NCBI GenBank assembly: GCA_965202985.1
Contig: CBDBCF010000002.1
Coordinates: 736,001 to 800,000, forward strand
Length of the DNA: 64,000 nt
Direction of reading: 5' to 3'
Source of the DNA: Longimicrobiales bacterium
Lineage (GTDB): Bacteria > Gemmatimonadota > Gemmatimonadetes > Longimicrobiales > Gaopeijiaceae
A program made the position numbers and the translations under genes. The notes under the pieces are model-generated. The model was given only the letters and a program-made list of their open reading frames with translations. It had not been told where the DNA came from and did not search any database. Shown piece by piece: positions 38,332 through 50,900 of this stretch. The first letter of the stretch is position 1, and each line of letters begins with the position of its first letter.

Positions 38332-39282
38332 TCAGCGGCCGGGCTGGTGACCGGCTTCGGCGCCGTTCAGGCCGACCTCGGGGGCACCCGTGACGGACGC
38401 GCTCCAGGCCCAGAGTCGTTCTTGGTCCTTCTCGTCCTCGGCGGTGGGGGACGGGGCGGCGGGTGCGCCGCGGTCGAAGTAGCCGCCGTTCAAGTTCTCG
38501 TCGCGCCGGCCAATCGCAAGGTCTGCGACGATCGGTCCGGCCTGGTCCGGTTCGGCGATCGGGAACGGACTGCCGAACGGCGCCCCGCCGGCGAGATAGT
38601 CCTTGAGCAAGTCCGTGTCGTAGACGCCGGGGCCCAGGGCAAGGGACTGCACGGCAGGGGCTGGGCCGTTGGTTCGACGCGCCAGCGCCTTGGCGAAGAG
38701 GACGTTCGCGAGCTTGCTCTGCTGATAGGCGTCGCGGGGGGCGTATTGCTTTCGCCGATAGTTGGGATCGTCGAAGTCGAACGCCGGCCCGTGGTGCGCC
38801 CCCGACGACACGGTAATGACGCGGGCGACACCGGAGTTGCGCTTAAGGGCCGGCAGCAGCAAGCACGACAGGAGGAAGTGGGCCAGGTGATTGACGGCCA
38901 GTTGAAGCTCGAAGCCGTCGCCGCTCTCGGTGCGGGCACCGGGCAACACGGCGGCGTTGTTGACCAAGGCGGCGAGCGGCTGCCCCCGTTCGGCGACGGC
39001 GGCGGCGGCCCCGCGCACCGAGTCCAGCGAAGCCAAGTCGATGGCAACGACTTCGTGCGAACGCGTGCCCGCCGGCGCCGGCAGCTGCTTGGCGGCCTCG
39101 TGGCCCCGGCGCTCGCTCCGGCAGAGGAGGACCACGGGGTGGCCGGCCCGAGCGACTTGCCGCGCCGCGGCGAACCCTACGCCTCGGTTGGCGCCGGTGA
39201 TGGCTACCGGAGCGGCCTCGGCAAGTCGCTCGGCGGCAGAGTGCGGGTTCAGAGCGGAACTGGCGACGGGCTGGTCGGGCAC
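38332..39282 (-). CDS. Short-chain dehydrogenase/reductase (retinol-dehydrogenase-like)
   Basis: TGANRGVG, NNAA, VNHLAHF and YQQSK motifs. Confidence 0.92.
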   Translation of the reverse strand: MPDQPVASSALNPHSAAERLAEAAPVAITGANRGVGFAAARQVARAGHPVVLLCRSERRGHEAAKQLPAPAGTRSHEVVAIDLASLDSVRGAAAAVAERGQPLAALVNNAAVLPGARTESGDGFELQLAVNHLAHFLLSCLLLPALKRNSGVARVITVSSGAHHGPAFDFDDPNYRRKQYAPRDAYQQSKLANVLFAKALARRTNGPAPAVQSLALGPGVYDTDLLKDYLAGGAPFGSPFPIAEPDQAGPIVADLAIGRRDENLNGGYFDRGAPAAPSPTAEDEKDQERLWAWSASVTGAPEVGLNGAEAGHQPGR

Positions 39283-39454
39283 GAGGTGAACTTCCTTTGC
39301 GGTTCGTTCGGGCTAGCTGCGGGCGGCGGTCGCGATCCCACGGAGCGGCGATTCGCGGTCTCCCTTAATGTTAGCGTCCATGGGCGTTCAAGTCTCGCCG
39401 ATTCTGGATTTGAGTGCGCGTCCGCTCACGCGTGTCGGATACCGCCTGCCCGGT

Positions 39455-39580
39455 TTACCACAGCGCCCGCACCGGCACCGCGCGAAGACCGTCGCCGAAC
39501 GGCAGTCCCATCTCGCCGTCGTAGAGCACGACGCCGGCGGCGAACGCGGCCCGAAGCTTGCGAGGTGGCCGAGGACGACA
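39455..39580 (-). pseudogene. C-terminal remnant of an AAA_14/DUF4143-type ATPase gene
   Basis: AGVVLYDGEMGLPFGDGLRAVPVRALW-stop resembles the DUF4143 C-terminus; the rest of the gene is absent. Confidence 0.55.
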
Positions 39581-39888
39581 CCCGTGGCCGTCAAATGGCG
39601 AAGACATGGCTGCCCCAGTTCGCGACCCTGCACCGCACGTCCGCGCCTCGTCAGCCTGACGCCGGTCGCCGGCTTGGAGAAGCACCTGCGGCGCTTGCTG
39701 GAAAGCTCGCGCCTGGCCGTCCGGGCGGTCCGCGAGTCGTTCATGGAACTCAACCGGAATGAGCAAGCGCAGTGAGCGCCGCGGGCGGCGATTGCCCGGA
39801 AGGGCGGGCGCCCATTACCATGGTTCGCTGACCCTACGGCGAATCGACGACCGCACCCTGGCCCAAACACCTGCATCGGAGAGAGGAA

Positions 39889-40995
39889 ATGACGCTGCAC
39901 AAGTGGAACGAGGACGAGAAGAGTCTCGAGCCTGCCGAGTCAGTAAGGTTCGAGGACAAGAAGCTGGCGGAGCGAGACCTCCAGGATGTCGTGCGAGACG
40001 CACCAGACGTTCTCGAAGAAGGGCTGTTCGTGATCGCCGAGGAGTACAGCAACTGGGAGGGAGCCGGCCGGCGCATCGACTTGCTTGCCCTCGACAAGGA
40101 CGGCCGGCTGGTGGTCGTGGAACTCAAGCGGACGCCCACGGGTGACCACATGGATCTGCAGGCCGTGCGCTACGCTGCGATGGTGTCCAACATGACCGAT
40201 GATCAGGTCGTCCAGGCTCATCGCAAGTACTTGGCAAATCGAAACCGAGAGACCGACGCCGCTGGCGAAGTGAGAGCACATCTTGACGGAGCGAGTACGG
40301 ACGCCCGCGTCGACTCTAAGTCTCCGCGAATTCTTTTGGCTTCCGGTGGGTTTTCTCGTGAGCTTACGACCAGCGTCTTGTGGCTGAACGATAACGGCCT
40401 GGAGATCAAGTGCGTTCGCCTCGATCTTTACCAAAGCGACAAGCGCCTGTACTTGGACAGCAGCCAAGTAATTCCAATTCCGCAGGCTCAAGACTATCAG
40501 ATTCGGATTCGCGACAAGGACAAGGAACGACGAGCATATGGGAAGGGTGTGGAAGAATACACGGGCCCCGACAAGTTCTACGACGGCATCCAGTCAGCAC
40601 CGCATCAAGAAGAGGTCACGAAGCTCTATAAGTGGGCAATGAAGTTGCAAGCGGACAACCTGTGCTCTGGCTTTGTGACAACCGTGAGCAAAAGGCGCGA
40701 TGGCTACGGACTGAAACTGCTTCTCCCGGAACACGACAAGAATCCGCACGCATATTTGATCGCGATTTACTACAAACCAGCAGGATTCCTACCTCCGGGT
40801 CCGCCGCAAATTGCGGTATGGAGACGGTGGTTCGACGAATTTGCCCCAAATTCCATCCACCGGGTGGAGGAAGAGATAGGCGTGCAGATCGGGGGTGGCA
40901 ACCTCGTCAAGGGCCCATTTGCCGAGGCCATGCTCGATGCCCTGTTCAAGGCCCACGTAGAAGCCGCGGACAACATTAGGAAGCGCTCCGAGTAG
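39889..40995 (+). CDS. NucS/EndoMS-like PD-(D/E)XK nuclease-domain protein with an unrecognised C-terminal domain
   Basis: RBS GAGAGGA; ERDLQ, RIDLLALD...VVELKR and QAVRY motifs. Confidence 0.78.
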   Translation: MTLHKWNEDEKSLEPAESVRFEDKKLAERDLQDVVRDAPDVLEEGLFVIAEEYSNWEGAGRRIDLLALDKDGRLVVVELKRTPTGDHMDLQAVRYAAMVSNMTDDQVVQAHRKYLANRNRETDAAGEVRAHLDGASTDARVDSKSPRILLASGGFSRELTTSVLWLNDNGLEIKCVRLDLYQSDKRLYLDSSQVIPIPQAQDYQIRIRDKDKERRAYGKGVEEYTGPDKFYDGIQSAPHQEEVTKLYKWAMKLQADNLCSGFVTTVSKRRDGYGLKLLLPEHDKNPHAYLIAIYYKPAGFLPPGPPQIAVWRRWFDEFAPNSIHRVEEEIGVQIGGGNLVKGPFAEAMLDALFKAHVEAADNIRKRSE

Positions 40996-41029
40996 GTCGC
41001 GAACGACTCCACCCGAATCGGATTCGGGG

Positions 41030-41922
41030 GCGGGTCCGCCGACAGCGATTCCCGGCGGTTCTTTCTGGTACTGGAACCGGACGCCTGATCCAGTTGGACG
41101 AACTCGTGGCAGTGACCACGTCGCTGCCGGGTGGCGAAGAGTCACCCACTAGCACGGGCTGCGGCGCTGAGCCACGACCTGTCGGACCAGCTGGAGTTCC
41201 CCGAGATGGCCACGGCCGGCCTGCTTCGCTGGATGCGCTGGAAGCGGCAGGCACGGGACGCCTTTCACCGGATCGCCCCACGCATCGCCGCCAAGTGGTG
41301 GAGCCGGAACTTCGTGTTCCTGATGGACGCCTCGATGCTCGACGACCTCAGCTACCGGCTCCCGGACCGGCTGAAGGCCCAGTCGGCGTCGCCGTGGTGA
41401 GGGGGAGCCACCGGGCCGTCGATTTCCCCCGTGTTCGTGTCAGCACCGGCAGGTGCGGCTCGACGATGGTCTCGGAGATGCTCAACCTGCATCCTCGCGA
41501 CATCGTGGGTTCTCTGTCCAAGGGACGCTTCCGGGAGCGGATCAGTCCATGGCTGGAGCCCCTGGCGAGCCGGATCGTGGACGACAACCGGCTGCTCTAC
41601 GACAAGCTGGTCCTTGCGGACTTCGGCTTCTTGTGGAGCAGCATGATCGAGCACGCGCACAACATTCTTCGGCCGGCTTCCGTCCAGCCGGGTCGCGAGC
41701 GTGGCGTTCGAGGACCTGCGGTCGAAGCCGGAGGCCGAGTTGCGGCGTCTGATCCGGTTCGTGTCGCCGGAGTTGGCGGACGACGCGTGGGTGCGGGAGG
41801 CGGCCAAGCTGCCCAAGCCGCCCCGGTCTCCGTCCAACTTCGAGAAGCTGTCCGCAGAGGATAGGCGGAGCGTGGCGGAGGCGTGCCGGCCCGGTCTGGA
41901 GCGGCTGGGCTATTCGGGCTGA
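41030..41922 (+). pseudogene. Fragmented PAPS-dependent sulfotransferase gene(s)
   Basis: 5'-PSB-like motif VSTGRCGSTMVS and C-terminal FEDL...PEAELRRL...LERLGY lie in different frames, with apparent internal deletions. Confidence 0.65.
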
Positions 41923-44900
41923 CCGGACCGCGGCCGCGGTCCTGCCGAATTGAATTGCAGGTCCAGGCGCAGGCCGGCGTACGGGTAGGCGGTCTCAATG
42001 CCGATCTCCAAGCCCACTACGGGCGGCGTCCGCAGGCGCGTGCCGAAGCGGTAGGCGCTTCCCCGGCCGTCCGCGCCCGAGTCGGGGCCTAAGGCGGCGT
42101 AGGGCGTGACCAGCGCTTGCGTCCCGAGCACGATCGCCCCCACGCCGTAGGCAATCTCCGCGTCGATCCGGGCTGGGCTCGAATGCAACAGGTCCGTCGC
42201 GCCGGGAACGCTGCGACCGCGCGACGCCGGGGTGCGCCGCGTCGCGCCCTGCTGCCAAAGCTGCCCGATCTCGCTGGGCCCGGCGGTGCCCCATTCGGGC
42301 TGGATGCGCAGGGAAAGGCCGCGTCCGGCGGCGCCGGGAGCGATGCGCACGGAACCCCCAGCTCCCCATTCGGCCAACCCGCCGCCGTGGGCAAGCAGCG
42401 TTCGACCGGTAGCCTCCACCTGGAGCCGCGAGTTCCACGCGGACAACGTCAAGCCTCCGCCGGCCTCCATCCCGGCGCCCGTCCGACCGTCGCCCCCGTC
42501 TTGGCGGACGCCGAGCGCGACCGAAGGCTTGACGCGCGTGCCGCCGCCCCCAAGCCGAAACAACCGACCGGCCTCGAAGGCGAAGCGCAGGCGGTGGACG
42601 CGGACCTCCAGGGCCGTCATCCGGTCGCCGTTGCCGTCGAGCTGGAATCGCGCGACGTGCCCGTCGGCCTTGGCGTCCACGCTCCCGCCGCCCTCGCCGG
42701 CGAAGAGGCGCAGACCACCACCGGCAGCCAGCATCTGGACACGCCCGTCGGCCGTCTGCGGCCCAGCCTCGTCGTCTTGGACGACCACGTCGCTCTTGGC
42801 GTAGCCGGCCGTTGTCCACGCGCGCGAACCCCCGTCGTCCGACCAGCCCAGGTAGGGGTGAACCCCGACCAAGCGGGTTACGTGCCGGCCGGCGACGGCT
42901 TGCCCCTCGGCGCGGTGGACGTAGTCGAAGGCGCCTTCCAGGCCCGTCACGGCCACGCCCAGCGTCGCGGAGGCGCCCAGCCCCATATCGACGCCTGCCC
43001 CGACGGCAACCGCCTCGCCCGACCAGTCGACGGGCCTTGCCTGGTCGGGCGCGCCCGACAGACGCCGGAGTTCGCCGTGTCCCCAGACACCGGTCCCGGC
43101 TCCGGCCTGGCCTGCTTGCGCAACGCGACCCTCCACGGCGTTCGACGCCACGTCGGCCCAAGTGCGCGCGACCTCGGGAAGGACGGCACGGTTGACCTCG
43201 TCCAGCCTGCGCTGCGTCTGCCGGACCCCCACCACCTCGATCGAGAACGACAGCGTGGCCGAGTCCCCGTCTTGGTCGGTCGCAAAGTAGCGGTAGGTGG
43301 TGGCGGGTTGGTCTACGCTGGGCGTGCCTGCGATTGTGCGACGCTCGGGGTCGAAGGCCAGCCCCGGAGGCAAGGCGGGAGCCAGCGCGTAGGTCAGCGG
43401 TCCGTCGCCCCCTTGGGCCGGAGGCAGCGGCAGGGGGTCGATGCGGCGGCCCTCCATCCAGCGCTGGGACGGGACCCGAGCGTCGCCGAAGGTCGGGATC
43501 AAGTCCGCGTCGTCGTTCCGAATGACGCCGACGCCCTCCGTCGCGGTCATCGTCGCGGCCGTCGGCTCGGGCGTGGACAGCCGAAGGACCACGGTCTCGT
43601 CGGGTTCGTGGCGCTCGTCTCCGATCACGATCACGTCCAAGATCTTCAGCGTCTCGCCCGGATCGAAGGCAAGGACGCCCGGCGGAACCTCCTCGTAGTC
43701 CGTGCCCGGCGTCGCGGTTCCCGTGCTCGCGTCGACGTACTCCATGATCACGCGACGGCCGCTGGGGCGGTCCAGCGCGAAGGAGAACGTCAGAGGGCGG
43801 CGCCCGTCGTTGCCCTCCACGACCGCGGGCGAGTCGACGGAGAGGGACGGGGCGTCGTCGTCGTCCGCGATCGTGCCGACGCCGGTTGCGCCGTCCTGGG
43901 CGAGCTCGGCGTTGACGGGGTCTGCCAGCGTCAGAACGACCGTCTCGTCGGGCTCGTCCAATGCGTCGCCTCGGATCGTCACCTCCACCGTCCGGGCGGT
44001 GTCGCCCGGGGCGAAGACCAGCGTGCCGGGCGCGACCGCGTCGTAGTCGCTGCCCGCGACGGCCGTGCCCGTGCCCGCGTCCGAGTACTCGACCGAAACC
44101 CGCTTTGCCGTAGGTGCGCCGAGCGACACGGTGAACAAGAGGGCGGCAGTCTCGCCGGGCCCGCCTTCCTGGGCCGTGGGCGAGTCGATCGAGACGACCG
44201 GCGGGCCGTCGTCGTCCAAGATCGTGCCCACGCCGCTTGCGCCGTCCTGGGCAAGCTCGGCGTTGACGGGATCGGCCAGCACCAGCACGACCGTCTCGTC
44301 GGGCTCGTCCACGGCGTCGCCGTGGACCGTCACCTCCACGGTCCGGGCGGTGTCGCCCGGGGCGAAGACCAGCGTGCCGGGCGCAACCGCGTCGTAGTCG
44401 CCGCCCGCGACGGCCGTGCCCGTGCCCGCGTCTGAGTACTCGACCGAAACCCGCTTTGCCGTAGGTGCGCCGAGCGACACGGTGAACAAGAGGGCGGCGG
44501 TCTCGCCGGGCCCGCCTTCCTGGGCCGTGGGCGAGTCGATCGAGATAACCGGTGGGCCGTCGTCGTCCAAGATCGTGCCCACGCCGCTTCCGGCTCCTCC
44601 GATCTCGGCGTTCGTGGGTCGGCTCAGATGCAGGATCACGGTCTCGTCGGGCTCGTCCAGGTCATCGCCCAACAGGGTCACTTCGACCGTCTTGAGTGCT
44701 TCGCCGGGAGCGAAGGACAGCGTTCGGGACGGAGGCGACCGGTAGTCGGCGCCCGGGGTGGCAGTGCCAGTGCCGGCGTCGGCATAGTCGACCATGACTT
44801 CTTGATGGCTGGCAGGCGTCAGCGAGACCGTGAACACAAGGATGGCCGGGCCGTCCCCGTCCTGTCCATCGCCCGCGTCCCCCTCCTCCGCGCGAGGCGC

Positions 44901-47900
44901 GTCCACAGTGAGAAAGGAGATGTCGTCGTCGAGGATCGTGCCGGTGGCTGTGCCCGTCGAGAGGAGCGCACTCCGGGGGTTGCTCATGACGATTACGATG
45001 GTCTCGTCGGGTTCGTTGGCATTGTCGCCGGCGACTTGCAGGGGAATCGTCCGGATCGTATCGCCGGGTTCGAAGACCAGCGTGCCGGGCTGCAGCGCCG
45101 CGTAGTCGGTGCCCGAGATCGCCGTGCCGGTGCCTGCGTCGGCGTAGTCCACCCGCACCTCTTCCGTGCTCGCCGGAGACAGCGTGACCCTGTACGCCAT
45201 TTGCCTGAAGCCGTCGTCGCCTTCCCGAACCTGGGGCGAATCGACGTGCAGCGACGAAGGCGGGGGCGCGTCGTCGTCCACGATCGTGCCCGTGACCGTG
45301 GGCGTGGCCAGTTGCGCATTGACGGCGGCGCTCAAAGCGAGCGCGACGGTCTCGTCTCCTTCGTCCTCGTCGTCGCCGACGACCGTCACGTCGATCGTCT
45401 TGAGCGTGTCGCCCGCTACGAACGCGAGCGTGCCGTCCCCAAGGGGCTCGTAGTCCACGCCCGGTGTTGCCGTGCCCCCGGCGTCGGTCCAGTCCACCGT
45501 TGCACGGGCGGTCGCAGCCGCCGAGAGCCGCACCGTGAACCGCAGGACGGTCGTGGTTCCCGACGGGCCCTCGACGACGCCGGCCGAGGCGGCGCTGAGC
45601 GTCGGCAGAGCAGTTCCGCCCTCGTCGTCCGCGATCGTCAGCGCAACCGGGTCCGGGTTCGTCGCACCCTGCGCGTTCGACGCCGTGCCCGACACCGTCA
45701 GGCTCTTGTTCGGCTCGTCCAGGTCGTTGTCCACCGCCGTCACCGTTACCACGCCCGTGCTCGCCGTGTCGCCCGCCGCAATCGCCAGCGTCTTGTTCGC
45801 GCTCACCGTGAAGTCCGTCACGCCCGCGTTCGGGCCCGGCGCAACCGCCACCGTCACCGTCGTCGCCTGCACCGACGCTGGGCTCATCGTCGCCGTCACC
45901 GTCGCCGCGTTGTTCGCGCCGCTCTCGTCGACCGTCGTGCGCGACAACACCAGCTTCACCTTCGGCGTCGCCTCGTCGTCCTGGATCGTCAGCGTCACGT
46001 CGGCAGGGTTCGTGTAGCCGCCGATACTGTTCGACACGGTGCCCGACACCGTTACTTCCTTGTTCGGTCCGTCCAGGTCGTTGTCCACCGCCCGGATCGT
46101 CACCACGCCCGTGCTCGCCGTGTCCCCCGCCGCAATCGTCAGCGTCTTGTTCGCGCTCGCCGCGAAGTCGGACGAGTCCGCGTTCGTGCCGGCAGCCGCG
46201 CTCACCGTCATCGTCGTCGCCGCGCCCGACCTCTCGCTCATGTCCGCCCGCACGGTCGTGTACGTGAAGCCGGTCCCGCCCTCCCAGATCGTCGAGCGCC
46301 CCAGCGACAACGTCACCGTCGGCGCCGCGTCGTCGTCCGTGATCGTGCCCGTGCCCGTAGCCGTCGCGATCGTCGCGTTCGTCGGGGCGCTCAGCCGCAC
46401 CATCACCGTCTCGTTCGGCTCGTCCAGCCCGTCTCCGTTCACAGTCACATCGAAGGTCGTCAGCGTGTCGCCCGCCGCGATCGTCAGGATCGCATCCCCG
46501 AAGGTCGCGTAGTCCGTCGAGAAGGTCGCCGTGCCCGTCCGGGCGTCGCTCGCCTTCACTGTGACTCGGTGGCCGCTCGGCGCGCTGAGCTTGACCTGGA
46601 ACGTCAGCGTCGCCGTCGCACCCACTGCGCCTTCGGCCACGCTGGGCGACGAGATCGACAGCGACGGCTGGCCGTCCTCGTCCGCGATCGTCAGCGTCAC
46701 CGCGTCCGGGTTCGTCGCGCCATGGCTGTTCGTCGCCGCAGCCGTCACCGTCACGCTCTTGTTCGGCTCGTCCAGGTCGTTGTCCACCGCCGTCACCGTC
46801 ACCACGCCCGTGCTCGCCGTGTCCCCCGCCGCAATCGCCAGCGTCTTGTTCGCGCTCACCGCGAAGTCGCCCGCGTCCGCGTCCGCGCCCGCCGCGAACG
46901 CCACCGTCACCGTCGTCGCCCGCACCGACGCCGGGCTCATCGTCGCCGTCACCGTCGCCGCGTTGTTCGCGCCGCTCTCGTCGATCGTCGTGCGCGACAG
47001 CACCAGCCTCACCTTCGGCGTCGCCTCGTCGTCCTGGATCGTCACCGTCACGTCCGCCGGGTCCGAATAGCCCCCGATCGCGTTCGACACCGAACCCGAC
47101 ACCGTCACCTCCTTGTTTGGTCCGTCCAACGCGTTGTCCACCGCCCGGATCGTCACCACGCCCGTGCTCGCCGTGTCGCCCGCCGCAATCGTCAGCGTCT
47201 TGTTCGCGCTCACCGTGAAGTCGGTCGAGTCCGCGTTCGTGCCCGCCGTCGCGCTCACCGTCACCGTCGTCGCCGCGCTCGACGGTGCGCTCAGGTCGGC
47301 GCGCACCGTCGTATGCGTGAACCCGGCACCGCCTTCCGACACCAACGAGTGCCCCAGCGTGAGCGACACTGTCGGCGTCGCGTCGTCGTCCGTGATCGTG
47401 CCCGTCCCCGTCGCCGTCCCGATCGCCGCGTTCGTCGGCGCGCTCAACTGCGCCGCCACCGTCTCGTCGGGTTCGTCCAGACCGTCCCCGTTCACCGTCA
47501 CGTCGAAGGTCGTCAGCGTGTCGCCCGCCAAGAACGTCAGGATCGCGTCCGAGAAGATCGCATAGTCCGCAGAATGCGTCGCCGTGCCCGTCCGAGCATC
47601 GCTGATCTTCACCGTCACCCGCTGCCCGCTCGGCGCGCTCAACTTCACCTGGAACCGCAGCGTCGCCGTCGCGCCCGCCGCGCCCTCATCCACGCTGGGC
47701 GACGAGATCGACAGCGACGGCGCCCCGTCCTCGTCCGCGATCGTCAACGTCACCGCGTCCGGGTTCGTCGCGCCCTGCGTGTTCGTTGCCGTCGCCGTCA
47801 CCGTCACGCTCTTGTTCGGCTCGTCCAGGTCGTTGTCCACCGCCGTCACCGTCACCACGCCCGTGCTCGCCGTGTCCCCCGCCGCAATCGCCAGCGTCTT

Positions 47901-50900
47901 GTTCGCGCTCACCGCGAAGTCGCCCGCGTCCGCGTCCGCGCCCGCCGCGAACGCCACCGTCACCGTCGTCGCCCGCACCGACGCCGGGCTCAGCGTCGCC
48001 GTCACCGTCGCCGCGTTGTTCGCGCCGCTCTCGTCGACCGTCGTGCGCGACAGCACCAGCCTCACCTTCGGCGTCGCCTCGTCGTCCTGGATCGTCAACG
48101 TCACGTCCGCCGGGTCCGAATAGCCCCCGATCGCGTTCGACACCGAACCCGACACCGTCACCTCCTTGTTCGGTCCGTCCAACGCGTTGTCCACCGCCCG
48201 GATCGTCACCGCGCCCGTGCTAGCCGTGTCGCCCGCCGCAATCGCCAGCGTCTTGTTCGCGCTGACCGTGAAGTCGGTCGAATCCGCGTTCGTGCCCGCA
48301 GCCGCGCTCACCGTCACCGTCGTCGCCGCGCTCGACGGCGCGCTCAGATGCGCCCGCACCGTCGTCCAGATGTCGCCCTGCACCCGCTCGGGAAGCGTCG
48401 TGCGCGACAGCGACAGCGACACTGTCGGCGCCGAATCGTCGTCGGTGATCGTGCCCGTGCCCGTACTCGTCGCAATCGTCGCGTTCGTCGGGTTGCCCAA
48501 CGTCACGACGATCGTCTCGTCCGCTTCGTCCAGGTCGTCGCCCTTGACCGTCACGTCCACGCTCTTCAGCGTGTCGCCCGCCGCAAACCGCAGAATCGCG
48601 GCGGTCACGGGCTCGTAGTCGTTCGCAAACGTCGCCGTGCCCGTCCGAGCGTCGCCGTACGCCACGGTCACCCGATGCCCGCTCGGCGCGCTCAACTTCA
48701 CCTGGAACCGCAGCGTCGCCGTCGAATCCTGCGCACCCTCCGCCACGCTCGGAGACGAGATCGACAGCGTGGGTTGGCCGTCCTCGTCGGCGATCGTCAA
48801 CGTCACCGCGTCCGGGTTCGTCGCGCCTTGGCTGTTCGTCGCCGCAGCCGTCACTGTCACGCTCTTGTTCGCCTCGTCCAGGTCGTTGTCCACCGCCGTC
48901 ACCGTTACCACGCCCGTGCTCGCCGTGTCCCCCGCCGCAATCGCCAGCGTCTTGTTCGCGCTCACTACGAAGTCCGTCGAGTCCGCGCCCGCTCCCGCCG
49001 CGAACGCCACCGTCACCGTCGTCGCTCGCACCGACGCCGGGCTCATCGTCGCCGTCACCGTCGCCGCGTTGTTCGCGCCGCTCTCGTCGATCGCCGTGCG
49101 CGACAACACCAGCTTCACCTTCGGCGTCGCCTCGTCGTCCTGGATCGTCACCGTCACGTCCGCCGGGTTGGCATAGCCGCCGATGCTGTTCGATACGCTG
49201 CCCGACAGCGTCACATTCCGGCTCGGGTCGTCCACGGCGTTGTCCACCGCGTTGATCCGCACGTCCCCCGCGCTGCGCGTCTGACCCGCCGCGATCGTCA
49301 GCGTCTTGTTCGAACTCAGCGCGAAGTCCGTCGAGTCCGCGTTCGTACCCGCCGCCGCGCTCACCGTCACCGTCGTCGCCGCGCTCGATGGCGCGCTCAG
49401 ATGCGCCCGCACCGTCGTCCACGTGATCCCGGTGCCGCCCTCCCAGATCGACGAGCGCCCCACCGCAAGCGTCACCGTCGGTGCCGCGTCGTCGTCCGTG
49501 ATCGTGCCCGTGCCCGTCGCCGTCCCGATCGCCGCGTTCGTCGGCGCGCTCAGATGCGCCACCACCGTCTCGTTCGACTCGTCCAGCGAGTCGCCCTTCA
49601 CTGTCACGTCGAAGGTCTTCAGCGTGTCGCCCGCCGCGAACGTCAGGATCGCGTCCGAGAAGATCGCGTAGTCCGCCGAATGCGTCGCCGTGCCCGTCCG
49701 GGCGTCGCTGATCTTCACCGTCACCCGCTGGCCGCTCGGCGCGCTCAACTTCACCTGAAACGTCAACGTTGCCATCGAGTCCTGCGCACCCTCCGCCACG
49801 CTGGGCGACGAGATCGACAACGACGGCTGGCCGTCTTCGTCCGCAATCGTCAGCGTCACCGCGTCCGGGTTCGTCGCGCCATGGCTGTTCGTCGCCGCAG
49901 CCGTCACCGTCACGCTCTTGTTCGGCTCGTCCAGGTCGTTGTCCACCGCCGTCACCGTTACCACGCCCGTGCTCGCCGTGTCGCCCGCCGCAATCGCCAG
50001 CGTCTTGTTCGCGCTCACCGCGAAGTCGCCCGCGTCCGCGCCCGCTCCCGCCGTGAACGCCACCGTCACCGTCGTCGCCCGCACCGACGCCGGGCTCATC
50101 GTCGCCGTCACCGTCGCCGCGTTGTTCGCGCCGCTCTCGTCGATCGTCGTGCGCGACAGCACCAGCTTCACCTTCGGCGTCGCCTCGTCGTCCTGGATCG
50201 TCACCGTTACGTCCGCCGGGTCCGAATAGCCCCCGATCGCATTCGACACCGAACCCGACACCGTTACTTCCTTGTTCGGTCCGTCCAACGCGTTGTCCAC
50301 CGGGGCGACCGTCACCACGCCCGTGCTCGCCGTGTCGCTCGCCGCAATCGTCAGCGTCTTGTTCGCGCTCACCGTGAAGTCGGTCGAGTCCGCGTTCGTG
50401 CCCGCCGTCGCGCTCACCGTCACCGTCGTCGCCGCGCTCGACGGCGCGCTCAGATGTGCCAGCACCGAGGTCAGCTGAACCCCCTGGCTGCCCTCGCGAA
50501 GCGTCGGGCGAGAGAGCGTGAGCGTCACTGTCGGCGTCGCGTCGTCGTCCGTGATCGTGCCCGTCCCCGTCGCCGTCCCGATCGCCGCGTTCGTCGGCGC
50601 GCTCAACTGCGCCACCACCGTCTCGTCGGGTTCGTCCAGACCGTCCCCGTTCACCGTCACGTCGAAGGTCGTCAGCGTGTCGCCCGCCAAGAACGTCAGG
50701 ATCGCGTCCGAGAAGATCGCATAGTCCGCAGAATGCGTCGCCGTGCCCGTCCGAGCGTCGCTGATCTTCACCGTCACCCGCTGGCCGCTCGGCGCGCTCA
50801 ACTTCACCTGGAACCGCAGCGTCGCCGTCGCGCCCGCCGCGCCCTCATCCACGCTGGGCGACGAGATCGACAGCGACGGCGCCCCGTCCTCGTCCGCGAT

